DNA of 64,000 nt from the NCBI GenBank assembly GCA_963771275.1, contig CAVYSW010000009.1, positions 384,001-448,000 of the forward strand. Direction: 5' to 3'. The notes below the pieces were generated by a model. That model made no database searches and was not told the DNA's origin. It worked only from the letters and a program-made list of their open reading frames with translations. This stretch comes from an uncultured Gemmatimonadales bacterium (lineage in GTDB: Bacteria > Gemmatimonadota > Gemmatimonadetes > Gemmatimonadales > GWC2-71-9). Shown here one piece after another: positions 1 through 9,222 of the stretch (position 1 is the first letter of the stretch; every line of letters begins with the position of its first letter). A program made the position numbers and the translations under genes.

Positions 1-374
1 GGCAGCCCCTCGATCGCCTCGCGCAGCCGGCGGCGGAGGTCCGGCTCCGCCCGGCGCGGCTGGTGTCCCAACCCGGCTGCCTCCGCCTCCGGCAGCTCCC
101 GCGCCCGGATCCGCCGCACCGTTCGCAGCGCGTTCAACACGACGGAGACCGCCACGGCGTGAATCCAGGTCCCGACCGACGCATCGCCACGGAACTCCGC
201 CAGCCGCTCGAACACCCGCACGAACGCGTCCTGCGTGCAGTCCCGCGCCAGGGCGTCGTCACCTGTCATCCGGTACGCCAGCCGGTAGACCCGATCCACA
301 TGGGCCTCGTACAGCTCACGTTCCGCAGCGGCCTCGCCGGACAGCACCCGCGCGATCAGGTGTCGTTCGTCCAC
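1..374 (-). CDS. ECF (sigma-70 group 4) RNA polymerase sigma factor, runs off the window start
   Basis: Manual translation, not in the ORF track: MDERHLIARVLSGEAAAERELYEAHVDRVYRLAYRMTGDDALARDCTQDAFVRVFERLAEFRGDASVGTWIHAVA...LREAIEGL. Region 2 DxxQD/E and TW motifs present; GTG start at 374. Confidence 0.85.
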   Translation of the reverse strand, partial: MDERHLIARVLSGEAAAERELYEAHVDRVYRLAYRMTGDDALARDCTQDAFVRVFERLAEFRGDASVGTWIHAVAVSVVLNALRTVRRIRARELPEAEAAGLGHQPRRAEPDLRRRLREAIEGL

Positions 375-415
375 TGGACTCCCGGAGTCAGAAGGTCTTA
401 CGGCTCCAATCCTGT

Positions 416-442
416 GACACGGTGGGGTGGGAAAGGGTTACA
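416..442 (-). promoter_or_regulatory. Possible ECF-type promoter (TGTAAC-N15-CGTGTC) upstream of the ECF sigma gene
   Basis: Minus strand reads TGTAAC-cctttcccaccccac-CGTGTC, resembling the AAC/CGT ECF promoter pattern, about 40 nt before the start. Confidence 0.35.
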
Positions 443-510
443 TGGAAGGGAGAGGCGGTAGGAGCGGCAGGGGCGGTGGAAGCGGCCTGGGCAGGCTGCC
501 CTCCCCCTCC

Positions 511-1308
511 CTACAGGCCGCGCAGCACGCCGCGCACCACGGTCTCGAGTTTCCCGGTCACCGCCCGTCCTGCCGCCAGCACCTCGTCGTGCGACAGCGG
601 CGTGGCCGCGATGCCTGCAGCCAGGTTGGTGATCGTGGAAACGCCGAGCACCCGGAGGCCGCAGGCCCGTGCCACGATCACTTCGAGCACGGTCGACATG
701 CCGACGGCGTCGGCGCCGAGCCGCTCGAGCATCCGGATCTCCGCCGGCGTCTCGAAGCTGGGACCGAGGAGGCCCGCGTACACGCCCTCGTGGAGCATGA
801 TCCCCGCCGCGGCGGCGACGCGGCGTGCCAGCGCGCGGAGCCCGGCGTCGTACGCCTGCGACATGTCCGGGAACCGCAGCTCGCCAGGGAGGACCGGCCC
901 CACGAGCGGCGAGCGGCCCGTCAGATTGAGATGATCCGTGATCAGCATGAGGGCGGGCGGCGTGAGGTGGGGCCGAATGCCGCCCGCGGCGTTCGTGACG
1001 ATCAGCGTGTCGATCCCGACCCCTGCCATCAGCCGGATCGGCCGGGTCACGACCTCCGGCGCATGCCCCTCATAGAGGTGGAGCCGGCCGCACTGCAGGA
1101 TGACCGGTACACCTTCGAGCGCCCCAACCAGGAACTCACCGCGATGGCCCGCCACTCCGGGCTCCGCCAGCCCCGGCAGGTCGCGAAACGGGACGGCCGC
1201 GCTCGGCTCGAGCGTGTCAGCGAGGCCGCCGAGTCCGGACCCGACCACGATGCCGACCCGGGGCTCGAGTCCCGCCAACCGCGCCCGCAGGTCCGCGCTG
1301 CCGCTCAT
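511..1308 (-). CDS. punA: Purine-nucleoside phosphorylase (PNP I family)
   Basis: C-terminal part of ORF 511..2271; motifs GSGLG, GRLHLYEG, TNAAGG, GPSFETPAE, VGMST; ATG at 1308. Confidence 0.9.
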   Translation of the reverse strand: MSGSADLRARLAGLEPRVGIVVGSGLGGLADTLEPSAAVPFRDLPGLAEPGVAGHRGEFLVGALEGVPVILQCGRLHLYEGHAPEVVTRPIRLMAGVGIDTLIVTNAAGGIRPHLTPPALMLITDHLNLTGRSPLVGPVLPGELRFPDMSQAYDAGLRALARRVAAAAGIMLHEGVYAGLLGPSFETPAEIRMLERLGADAVGMSTVLEVIVARACGLRVLGVSTITNLAAGIAATPLSHDEVLAAGRAVTGKLETVVRGVLRGL

Positions 1309-1376
1309 GCCGACCTCACATCCCCCGATGGTCCTCGGCGGCCTAACCCCATCCGGCTCGCCCTCGAACGGCCTGG

Positions 1377-2414
1377 CTACTGCAACAGGAACCGCAACAC
1401 GTAGTAGCAGATGCCGGCGATCCCGGCCGACAACGGGATCGTGAGCAGCCACGCCCACACGATCTGGCCGGCGAGGCCCCAGCGCACGGCAGAGATGCGG
1501 CGCGCGGCGCCCACCCCGGCGATCGCGCCGGTAATCACGTGGGTGGTGCTCACCGGGACGCCGAGGAAGGAGGCCAGGAAGACCGAAATGGCGCCACCGG
1601 TCTCGGCGCAGAAGCCGTGCACCGGCTTCAAGCGCGTGATGCGCGAGCCCATGGTGTGGACGATCCGCCAGCCACCGAAGAACGTGCCCATGGCGATCGC
1701 GAAGTGGGCTGACAGGATCACCCAGACGGGGATGACCTCTGCGGTCGTCAGGTGCAGCGCCGGCACCGGGAAGTTGGTGAACAGGTGCTGCGACGACACC
1801 AGCAGCCCCACGATGATGCCCATCGTCTTCTGGGCGTCGTTGGTCCCGTGGCTCAGGCTGTAGGCCGCCGCCGACACCAACTGGAAGCGTCGGAAGTGCT
1901 TGTCCACGCTCCGTGGGGTCGCGCGCCGGAGCGTCCAGGCGGTCACCACCATGAGGCTCAAGCCGAGGGCCATGCCCAGAATCGGCGCCACGAAGATGAA
2001 GGCGATAGGCATGACCCATCCGCCCAGGACCAGGGCGTTGATGCCGGCCTTGGCGACGGCCGCGCCGCCGTACCCGCCGATCAGCGCGTGGGACGAGCTG
2101 CACGGAATCCCCAGGTACCATGTGATGACGTCCCACGCGATGGCCCCAATGAGACCAGCCAGCACGACGATCGGATCCACGACCGAGAGGTGAATCAGGC
2201 CGCTGCCGATCGTCTTGGCGACGGCCGTGCCGAAGCCGAACGCGGCCACGAAATTGAAAAACGCCGCCCACGCCACCGCGGCGACCGGGGAGAGCACTCG
2301 CGTGGACACGACGGTCGCGATGCTGTTGGCGCTGTCGTGGAACCCGTTGACGAAATCGAAGAACAGCGCGACGCCGATGATCGCGAGGATGAACCAGACC
2401 GACTCGACGATCAT
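1377..2414 (-). CDS. Inorganic phosphate transporter, PiT family
   Basis: Signature motifs NGFHDSANSIAT and HGTNDAQKTMG; hydrophobic; ATG at 2414 overlaps the DUF47 stop. Confidence 0.92.
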   Translation of the reverse strand: MIVESVWFILAIIGVALFFDFVNGFHDSANSIATVVSTRVLSPVAAVAWAAFFNFVAAFGFGTAVAKTIGSGLIHLSVVDPIVVLAGLIGAIAWDVITWYLGIPCSSSHALIGGYGGAAVAKAGINALVLGGWVMPIAFIFVAPILGMALGLSLMVVTAWTLRRATPRSVDKHFRRFQLVSAAAYSLSHGTNDAQKTMGIIVGLLVSSQHLFTNFPVPALHLTTAEVIPVWVILSAHFAIAMGTFFGGWRIVHTMGSRITRLKPVHGFCAETGGAISVFLASFLGVPVSTTHVITGAIAGVGAARRISAVRWGLAGQIVWAWLLTIPLSAGIAGICYYVLRFLLQ

Positions 2415-3031
2415 GCGTTCTTCAGAACGATGGACTCGATGTCGTTGGCCACGTCCTCGGCTTCGTCGATCGCGCGCTCGAGGTTGTCGTAGATCTCCTT
2501 CCACTTGATGATGCGCAGCGGGTCCGTCTCGGTATCGAACAGCCGCCCGAGCATGTGCTGGTAGACGGTGTCCCCTTCCTCTTCCAGGCGCTTCGCGGCG
2601 ACGCAATGCGCCATCACGTCGTCCTTGGTCTTCAGCTTGGTCACGGCCAGCAGCAGCTCGGCGGTGATCCGCTCGACCACGTCGCACAGCTGGGCGATGC
2701 CTTCGGGCGTTCGCTCGACGCGGAAGATCTGCGCCCGCCGCGACGTGCCGTCGAGGGAGTCGATCACGTCGTCGAGGTCCGACGCGAGCAGATGGATGTC
2801 CTCGCGGTCGATCGGCGTGATGAACGTGCGGTCGAGCCGACGCACGACCTCGTGCGTGATGTCGTCGCATTCGTTCTCCAGCCGCTTGATCTGCTCGGCA
2901 AAATAGGCGGCCCGTTCGGGCTTGCCGGTGAGCAGCTCGCGCAGGTGCTTGGCGGCCTCCGCGGTGCGCCGGGACACTTCGACGAAAAGCTCGTAGAACT
3001 CTTCGTTACGGGGGAGAAGACGAAGGCGCAC
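2411..3031 (-). CDS. DUF47 phosphate transport regulator (PiT accessory, PhoU-like)
   Basis: LENECDDITHEV..L..TFITPIDREDI and LEEEGD motifs; GTG at 3031 with GGAGG SD; coupled to PiT. Confidence 0.88.
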   Translation of the reverse strand: MRLRLLPRNEEFYELFVEVSRRTAEAAKHLRELLTGKPERAAYFAEQIKRLENECDDITHEVVRRLDRTFITPIDREDIHLLASDLDDVIDSLDGTSRRAQIFRVERTPEGIAQLCDVVERITAELLLAVTKLKTKDDVMAHCVAAKRLEEEGDTVYQHMLGRLFDTETDPLRIIKWKEIYDNLERAIDEAEDVANDIESIVLKNA

Positions 3032-3065
3032 CACGACCTCCAGCCTGGTGTGGGGGCACGCCCGG

Positions 3066-3118
3066 GTCACGAACGCGTCACAGGGCGTAACAGTCGCGTC
3101 ACAAACCGCGCGGAATCT
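3066..3118 (+). promoter_or_regulatory. Putative Pho-box array upstream of phoB, in the divergent region with DUF47-PiT
   Basis: GTCAC 3066, GTCAC 3077, GTAAC 3087, GTCAC 3098, then GAATCT at 3113. Confidence 0.65.
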
Positions 3119-3187
3119 CGCTGGCCGCCCCACCGGATGCAACGTACCAGATGCCGGATCGCGGATTCGCGCTATATTCGCCACTCG

Positions 3188-3895
3188 ATGAGCCATCACG
3201 TCCTCGTCGTGGACGACGAGCCCGACATCACGGCCCTCGTCGCGTACCATCTTGCCAAGGCGGGCTACCGGGTGACCACCGCGTCCTCCGGACCCGACGC
3301 CATCCGCATTGCCGAGGAGCAGGGACCCGACCTCGTCGTGCTGGACCTGATGCTGCCGGGCCTTTCCGGCTACGAGGTGCTGGAAGCGCTGCGGCGGCGC
3401 GCGCCGACCCAGGACATCGGCGTCCTCCTGCTGACGGCCAAGCGCGAGGAAGGCGACCGGATCAAGGGCCTCTCGCTCGGCGCGGACGACTATCTCGTGA
3501 AGCCGTTCGCGCCGCAGGAGCTCGTGCTGCGGGTGGGGGCGGTGCTCCGACGGCTCGCCGGCGGCGCGGTCGCCTCGGGCTCCAAGCTGGTCGCCGGGCC
3601 GCTCGTGATCGACCGCGCCGGCCACCGGGTGGCCGTGCACGGCAGCGAGATCGACCTCACCGCCACCGAGTACAAGCTGCTGGTCACCCTCGCCGAGCGG
3701 CGCGGCCGCGTCCAGACGCGGGCGCAGCTGCTCGAGACCGTGTGGGAGGCGCACCCCGACATCCAGACCCGGACGGTGGACATGCACATGCAGCGGCTCC
3801 GGGCCAAGCTCGGTCCCGCCGCCGAGTGGATCGAGACGGTGCGCGGCTTCGGCTACCGGTTCCGCGCCGCCGAAGGGTCGAAAGCGCGGCGATGA
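3188..3895 (+). CDS. phoB: OmpR/PhoB-family response regulator
   Basis: Receiver domain (VVDDE, LDLMLPG, GADDYLVKPF) plus winged helix (RTVDMHMQRLRAKL, TVRGFGY); ATG 3188; phosphate gene context. Confidence 0.85.
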   Translation: MSHHVLVVDDEPDITALVAYHLAKAGYRVTTASSGPDAIRIAEEQGPDLVVLDLMLPGLSGYEVLEALRRRAPTQDIGVLLLTAKREEGDRIKGLSLGADDYLVKPFAPQELVLRVGAVLRRLAGGAVASGSKLVAGPLVIDRAGHRVAVHGSEIDLTATEYKLLVTLAERRGRVQTRAQLLETVWEAHPDIQTRTVDMHMQRLRAKLGPAAEWIETVRGFGYRFRAAEGSKARR

Positions 3896-5607
3896 GCTTC
3901 GGCGCCCGGATTCTGCTCGCCATGGTGGCGATCCTCCTGGTCACGGTCACCGGGTCGATGCTCATGGCGGATCGCTGGCTGCGCACCAGCCTCGAGCGCT
4001 CGCTGGTGGGCGAGATGCGGCGCGAGGCGGAGCTCGCCGCCGCGGCGCTGCCGCGGGACGCGGCGCTCGTGGCGGAGGCGACGCGCCGCTTGGGTACCCA
4101 GACCGCGCGCCGTCTGACGGTGATCGATTCCACCGGGCGCGTGATCGGCGATTCGGATTTCGACGACGCCAGCCTGCCGTTGCTGGAAAACCACCTCAGC
4201 CGGCCGGAGGTGCAGCAGGCGCTTGCCACCGGCCTCGGGACCTCGAAACGCTTCAGCGAGTCCACCAAGCACGCCGAGCTCAAGGTGGCGATCCACGCGT
4301 GGCCCGGTGTGGTCCGGTTCTCGGCGGCGATGGAGCAGGTGGACGACGTCGTCGCCGACGCGCGGCGCGCCGTGCTCGTGGCCGCGTTGGTGGCCCTGCT
4401 GCTCGGCGTCGGGCTGGCGTGGATCGGTGGACGCGAAGTGGGGCGGCCCCTCGCCCAGCTCAGCGCGGCTGCCCGCAGCGTCGCGCGCGGACAGGCGCCG
4501 GTCTACCCCGCGGCCCGGGCCACGGAGATCCGGCAGCTGGTCCATGCGTTCCGCACGATGCAGGAGGAGCTGACCGCCCGGATGGCGGCACTGACCCGTG
4601 GGCGAGAGGAGACAAGCGCCATCATCGAGTCCATGGTGGAGAGCGTGGCCGCGGTAGACGCGCAGGGAGACGTGCAGGTGTGCAACTCGGCGCTGCGCCG
4701 CCTCGTGCGCTACGGACCGGACGCGCCGCTCCCCAGCCTGCGGGAGATCTTCCGCTCCGTGGAGGCGCGTGAAGTGCTGGATCAGGCGTTGGACGGCCGC
4801 GTGGTGCTCGGCCGCGAGGTCTCGCTGGACGACCGCACCGTGCTCGCCACCGCCCGGCCGCTCCCCACGGGCGGGGCCGTGATCTGCCTACACGACGTCA
4901 CGGACCTCCGGCGCCTGGAAACGGTACGCCGCGATTTCGTCGCGAACGTGACGCACGAGCTCAAGACGCCGCTCACCAGCATTGCGGGCTACGCGGACAC
5001 GCTGCTCACCGATCAGCCGGACCGCGAGACGACGGAGCGGTTTCTCACCGTGATCCGCAGCAACGCGGAGCGGATGCACCGGCTGGTGGACGAGCTGCTC
5101 GACCTCGCCAAGCTGGAATCGGGCGCCTGGCGGCCCCAGGTGGCGGAGGTCGATCCCCGTGCGGCGGCCGACGCCGCCTGGTCGGAGCTCGCCGATCGCG
5201 CCGCCGCCGCGCACGTCGCCTTCACGGCCTCGGCCCCGACGGACCTCCGGGTCTGGGCAGACCCCGAGGCCCTGCGCCAGATCCTGACCAACCTGTTCGA
5301 CAACGCCCTGCGCCACACCCCGGCGGGCGGGAGCATCGACTTCACCGCCAGCGCCGTCGATCAAGCGGCTCAGTTGGTGGTGCGCGATACCGGGAGCGGC
5401 ATCCCCGACGAACACGTGCCGCGCGTGTTCGAGCGCTTCTACCGCGTGGACCCGGCGCGCTCGCGCGAGCACGGGGGCACCGGGCTCGGTCTGTCGATCG
5501 TGAAGCACTTGGTGGAGGCGCACGGCGGGCGCGTCGATCTCAGCAGCGCGCTGGGACGCGGCACCACGGTGCGCATCGTCTTTCCGGAACCGGCCGCCAC
5601 GGACTGA
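3892..5607 (+). CDS. phoR: Sensor histidine kinase (TM-HAMP-PAS-HisKA-HATPase)
   Basis: RRDFVANVTHELKTPLT H-box, NLFDNA, FERFYRVD, GTGLGLSIVKH; ATGA overlap with phoB. Confidence 0.85.
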   Translation: MSFGARILLAMVAILLVTVTGSMLMADRWLRTSLERSLVGEMRREAELAAAALPRDAALVAEATRRLGTQTARRLTVIDSTGRVIGDSDFDDASLPLLENHLSRPEVQQALATGLGTSKRFSESTKHAELKVAIHAWPGVVRFSAAMEQVDDVVADARRAVLVAALVALLLGVGLAWIGGREVGRPLAQLSAAARSVARGQAPVYPAARATEIRQLVHAFRTMQEELTARMAALTRGREETSAIIESMVESVAAVDAQGDVQVCNSALRRLVRYGPDAPLPSLREIFRSVEAREVLDQALDGRVVLGREVSLDDRTVLATARPLPTGGAVICLHDVTDLRRLETVRRDFVANVTHELKTPLTSIAGYADTLLTDQPDRETTERFLTVIRSNAERMHRLVDELLDLAKLESGAWRPQVAEVDPRAAADAAWSELADRAAAAHVAFTASAPTDLRVWADPEALRQILTNLFDNALRHTPAGGSIDFTASAVDQAAQLVVRDTGSGIPDEHVPRVFERFYRVDPARSREHGGTGLGLSIVKHLVEAHGGRVDLSSALGRGTTVRIVFPEPAATD

Positions 5608-5703
5608 GTCCATTCGCCCCCGCGGCATCACCGCCAGCCGCTCGGGCGCCGACCGCGCTCCGTGAAGCCAGCATGAAACCATCTTCAGAGTCGGATCGGG
5701 TTC

Positions 5704-5737
5704 TTGAACGCGAGGCGGTCCTTGGCCATTTTGCCAA
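5704..5737 (+). promoter_or_regulatory. Promoter/operator for first ArsR: TTGAAC-N17-CATTTT with TTGGC-N6-GCCAA inverted repeat over the -10
   Basis: Directly visible; inverted repeat at 5722-5737. Confidence 0.45.
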
Positions 5738-5767
5738 ATAAGAAATATCGACCTACGGAGGGCGACG

Positions 5768-6088
5768 ATGCATCGGTCAATCCGCCTGCGGTACCAGAGT
5801 CGCGCCCAGGTCCTCAAGGCGCTGGCCCATCCCACCCGGTTGTTCATCGTGGAGGAGCTGGGACGCCGGCAGCGGTGTGTCTGCGAGCTGACGGCCATGA
5901 TCGGCGCCGACGTATCCACCGTGTCCAGGCACCTCACTGTGCTCAAGCACGCCGGCATCGTGGACGACGAGAAGCGCGGCACGCAGGTCTTCTACACCCT
6001 CCGGGTGCCATGCGTGCTCAGCTGGTATACCTGCGTCGAAGGCGTTCTGAAGGCGACGGCCCGGCGACACCAGCTCGCCGTAGGCTGA
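5768..6088 (+). CDS. ArsR/SmtB-family transcriptional regulator
   Basis: KALAHPTRL, CVCEL and STVSRHLTVLK motifs. Confidence 0.9.
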   Translation: MHRSIRLRYQSRAQVLKALAHPTRLFIVEELGRRQRCVCELTAMIGADVSTVSRHLTVLKHAGIVDDEKRGTQVFYTLRVPCVLSWYTCVEGVLKATARRHQLAVG

Positions 6089-6109
6089 CCCGGACGGGAG
6101 GAGTCGAGG

Positions 6110-7421
6110 ATGTTCTGGAAATACGAGTGGAAGGCGTTGGGGCTGATTCTCGGCGGGTTCGCGCTGGCATACTACCTCCCGGTGGAAGCCCTGCAGGCGG
6201 CACTCCCGGTCCCGGCCGCGGCGGCCGAGTCGCTGCTGCTGGTGCGGTGGTACGCGCGCGAGCACGTGCTGCTCTGCCTCGTGCCGGCGTTCTTCATCGC
6301 CGGGGCGATCGGCGTGTTCATCAGCCAGGGCGCCGTCATGCGGTACCTGGGAGCGGGCGCCAAGAAAGTCCTGGCGTACGGCGTGGCGTCGGTGTCCGGC
6401 TCGATCCTGGCCGTGTGTTCCTGCACCGTCCTGCCGCTGTTCGCCGGGATCTACAAGCGCGGAGCGGGTCTCGGCCCGGCCACCGCGTTCCTGTATTCGG
6501 GGCCCGCGATCAACGTCCTGGCGATCATCCTCACGGCGCGCGTGCTCGGCATGGAGCTGGGCGTGGCCCGCGCCGTGGGGGCCGTGGCGTTCAGCATCGT
6601 GGTCGGGCTGCTCATGTACCTCGTCTTCCGCCGCGAAGAGGTGGCCAAGGCCGCCGAGCAGGCGGCGATGCCGGTTCCCGAGGTGAGTCGGCCGCTGTGG
6701 CAGAACGCGGTGTTCTTCGCCGTCCATGATCGGGATCCTGGTCTTCGCCAACTGGGGCGCCCCGGCATCGGCCACCGGGTTCTGGCAGACGGTCTACGCG
6801 GCCAAGTGGTATGTGACCGGGCTGTTCGCGCTCATCCTCGCGGGGACCCTGGTGGCCTGGTTCCGGCTCACCTGGACGCGCGTCGCGGTCCCCGCGGTCG
6901 CCGTCGCCGGCGCGGGCGTCGGCTTCTCCCAGCATCCCATGGTGCCGTTCACGGTAGGCGTCGTGGGGCTCTCGGCGGTCACCACCGCGGACGACGGCGA
7001 GCTGCGTGAGTGGTTCGCCGCCTCGTGGGGCTTCGCCAAGCAGATCCTCCCGTTGCTGCTGCTCGGCGTGCTGGTGGCGGGACTGCTGCTCGGGCGCCCG
7101 GGCCACGAGGGTCTCATCCCGTCACGATGGATCGCGGCGGCGCTCGGCGGGAACTCGCTCGGCGCCAACCTCTTCGCGTCGGTCGCCGGCGCCCTGATGT
7201 ACTTCGCCACGCTCACCGAGGTCCCCATTGTCCAAGGGCTGCTTGGCGCCGGCATGGGCAAGGGCCCGGCCCTCGCGTTGCTGTTGGCCGGGCCGGCGCT
7301 GTCCCTGCCGAGCATGCTGGTGATCCGCAGCATCATGGGGACGAAGAAGACGCTGGTGTTCGTGTCGCTCACGGTGGTCATGGCGACCCTCACCGGCCTG
7401 GTGTTCGGAGCGCTGGCGTGA
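6110..7421 (+). CDS. ArsP/DUF318-type permease, split by a +1 frameshift at about 6724-6725 (probable sequence error)
   Basis: N-half has VCSCTVLPLF and FLYSGPAIN; C-half has MYFATLTEVPI and LLAGPALSLP. Removing one C in GTCCATG joins the two frames. Confidence 0.8.
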
Positions 7422-7485
7422 GGACAAGGGGAGAACACGATCGGCGCTGACGGATCTGGCGCGCGCGGCCTTGGTGAGGACGGCC

Positions 7486-7986
7486 ATGGATGCCCTCGAC
7501 GTGGTGGAAGGGGTTGGCGCGGTCGTCCTGCTGTTCGTGCTCTACGGCATGAGCATGCGTGGCACCCGAGGAGGTGCGGGCTGCGCGTCGTGCGGGACGA
7601 TTCGCGCCCGGGTCTCGGCGGTCGGGCAGCCCCCGATCCTGGACGACGTGGCGACGGCACGGAGCGGCGGCGACGGTCTGCGTGGGAGTGCCGGCGATGC
7701 GCAGCCGGCCAGGAACCCGGAGATGGGAGGCAGTATGGAGATTCGGATATTCGGACCGGGGTGCCCACGCTGTCATGAGCTGGAAGCGCGCACCCGGGAG
7801 GCCCTCGGCGCCCTGAACCGCGACGCGAGCGTCACCAAGGTCGAGGACATCATGGAGATCGCGGCGGCCGGCGCGCTCCGCACACCCGCGATGCAGATCA
7901 ACGGGCGTTTCGTCCTCCAGGGGCGCGTGCCGGGCGTGCGGGAACTGACGACCATGCTGGCGAAGGCGTTTGACGCGGAGCCCTAA
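7486..7986 (+). CDS. Small redox-active disulfide protein (MTH895-like thioredoxin fold, core 7735-7986) with in-frame N-terminal TM-GCASC extension
   Basis: Core MEIRIFGPGCPRC...RTPAMQING..VLQGRVP with GGGAGG SD before ATG 7735; upstream in-frame ATG 7486 with GAGGA SD. Confidence 0.75.
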   Translation: MDALDVVEGVGAVVLLFVLYGMSMRGTRGGAGCASCGTIRARVSAVGQPPILDDVATARSGGDGLRGSAGDAQPARNPEMGGSMEIRIFGPGCPRCHELEARTREALGALNRDASVTKVEDIMEIAAAGALRTPAMQINGRFVLQGRVPGVRELTTMLAKAFDAEP

Positions 7987-8032
7987 CAAGGCGCCGGGCT
8001 CATGAAGACGAGACTCAACAAGGGAGGGAATC

Positions 8033-8290
8033 GTGGAAGTCGTTGTTTATGGACCCGGATGCAGCAACTGCCGCCGCCTGGAGGCGCAGGCGCGCGCGGC
8101 GCTCGCGGCGTTGGGGCAGGAGGCACGCGTGATGAAGGTAACGGACTTCGTGGCCATGGCCGACGCGGGTGTCATGCGGACCCCAGCGCTCGGCGTGAAC
8201 GGGAGCATCGTCCTCCAGGGACGGGTGCCGGAGGTGGCCGAGCTGTCGAGCATCATCGCGTCCGCGCTGGAGCGGGCCGGCGGGCGGTAG
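8033..8290 (+). CDS. Small redox-active disulfide protein (MTH895-like), second paralog
   Basis: VYGPGCSNC, MRTPALGVNG..VLQGRVP. Confidence 0.85.
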   Translation: MEVVVYGPGCSNCRRLEAQARAALAALGQEARVMKVTDFVAMADAGVMRTPALGVNGSIVLQGRVPEVAELSSIIASALERAGGR

Positions 8291-8393
8291 GCGGGCGGTA
8301 TTCCCCAGCGTCCTCGCGGCTGTCCGCACGCTTCACCAAGGCCGTCGAGCCGTCGCGAGGCGACACATGACCACGCGGACCGGAGATAGAACG

Positions 8394-8747
8394 GTGACGG
8401 GACACGAACCGAACCCGATGGAGATCCTGGGCCGGATCTCGCCCATAGGCGCCCGCAGCTATATGGAGCACCGGGCGGCCATCATGGACAACCCTGCGCT
8501 GGCGGCCCTTTCCCTGAAGACCAAGCTGCTCGTGGGGATCGGCGTGGCCGCCGCGCTCCAGTCCAGCCGTTGCACCCTGATGTGGACGAAGCAGGCCCGG
8601 GCCGCGGGCGTGGCCGATGCCGAGATCGTCGAGGCCGTGCTCGCCGCCCGCCTGATGAAGGCGGCCACCGTGAACGACGCCGCCGCGGAGGCGCTGGCCT
8701 GGCTCGGAGAAGCCGGCGTCAAGGCTGCGGGCGCGGGCACCTCCTGA
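8394..8747 (+). CDS. Carboxymuconolactone decarboxylase/AhpD-like protein
   Basis: ALSLKTKLLVGIGVAAAL...ARAAGVADAEIVEAV pattern; GTG 8394 with GGAG SD (alternative ATG 8367). Confidence 0.75.
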   Translation: MTGHEPNPMEILGRISPIGARSYMEHRAAIMDNPALAALSLKTKLLVGIGVAAALQSSRCTLMWTKQARAAGVADAEIVEAVLAARLMKAATVNDAAAEALAWLGEAGVKAAGAGTS

Positions 8748-9216
8748 TGCGCAAGGGAACGAGATTTCTGGCGGGGGGGTCGTGGTCCTCGCCGTCGCGA
8801 TCGTGCTTGGCCTCAAGTACACCTCCCGCGCCGCGGTACCCGGCGGGAATGCGGCCTTCGACCCCGCGGCACCGGTCCCGATCGAGCCCATCCCGGCCAG
8901 CTACGGTCCGTCCACGCCCGGGATTCCGCGCCTGGCGGCCCTGGGAGCCGGGGAGTGCATTCCCTGCAGGGCCATGGCACCCATCCGCGCGGAGCTGCGG
9001 CGCGAGTACGCCGGCGTGCTGGCCGTGGACTTCTACGACGTGTGGAAGGACCCTGAGGCCGGGCGACACTTCCGCATCTGGGCCATCCCGACGCTGATCT
9101 TCTACGACGCCGCCGGCCGGGAGCTGGGCCGCCGCCAGGGGTTCGTGTCGAAGGCTGAGATCCTCGCTACGTACGACCAGTTGGGCATCCTGCTGATCCC
9201 GAAGAGTGTGCGCTGA
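8747..9216 (+). CDS. Membrane-anchored/exported thioredoxin, frameshift in the G7 run at 8773-8779
   Basis: LGAGECIPC and IWAIPTLIFYD..G.E..R..G motifs; adding one G restores an MRKGTRFLAGGVVVLAVAIV signal/anchor from ATG 8747. Confidence 0.8.
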
Positions 9217-9222
9217 GTCCGC

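Noticed and set aside
2555..3187. Long N-terminal extensions of track ORFs (phoB, phoR, PNP, PiT, arsA, pstB2, porin and others)
   Set aside because: They overlap neighbouring real genes; starts were reassigned using SD sequences, ATGA/GTGA overlaps and domain boundaries.
5627..5691. GTGAA/ATGAA 11-bp pair upstream of the first ArsR as a Pho box
   Set aside because: Only two weak units and no matching hexamer at the expected distance.
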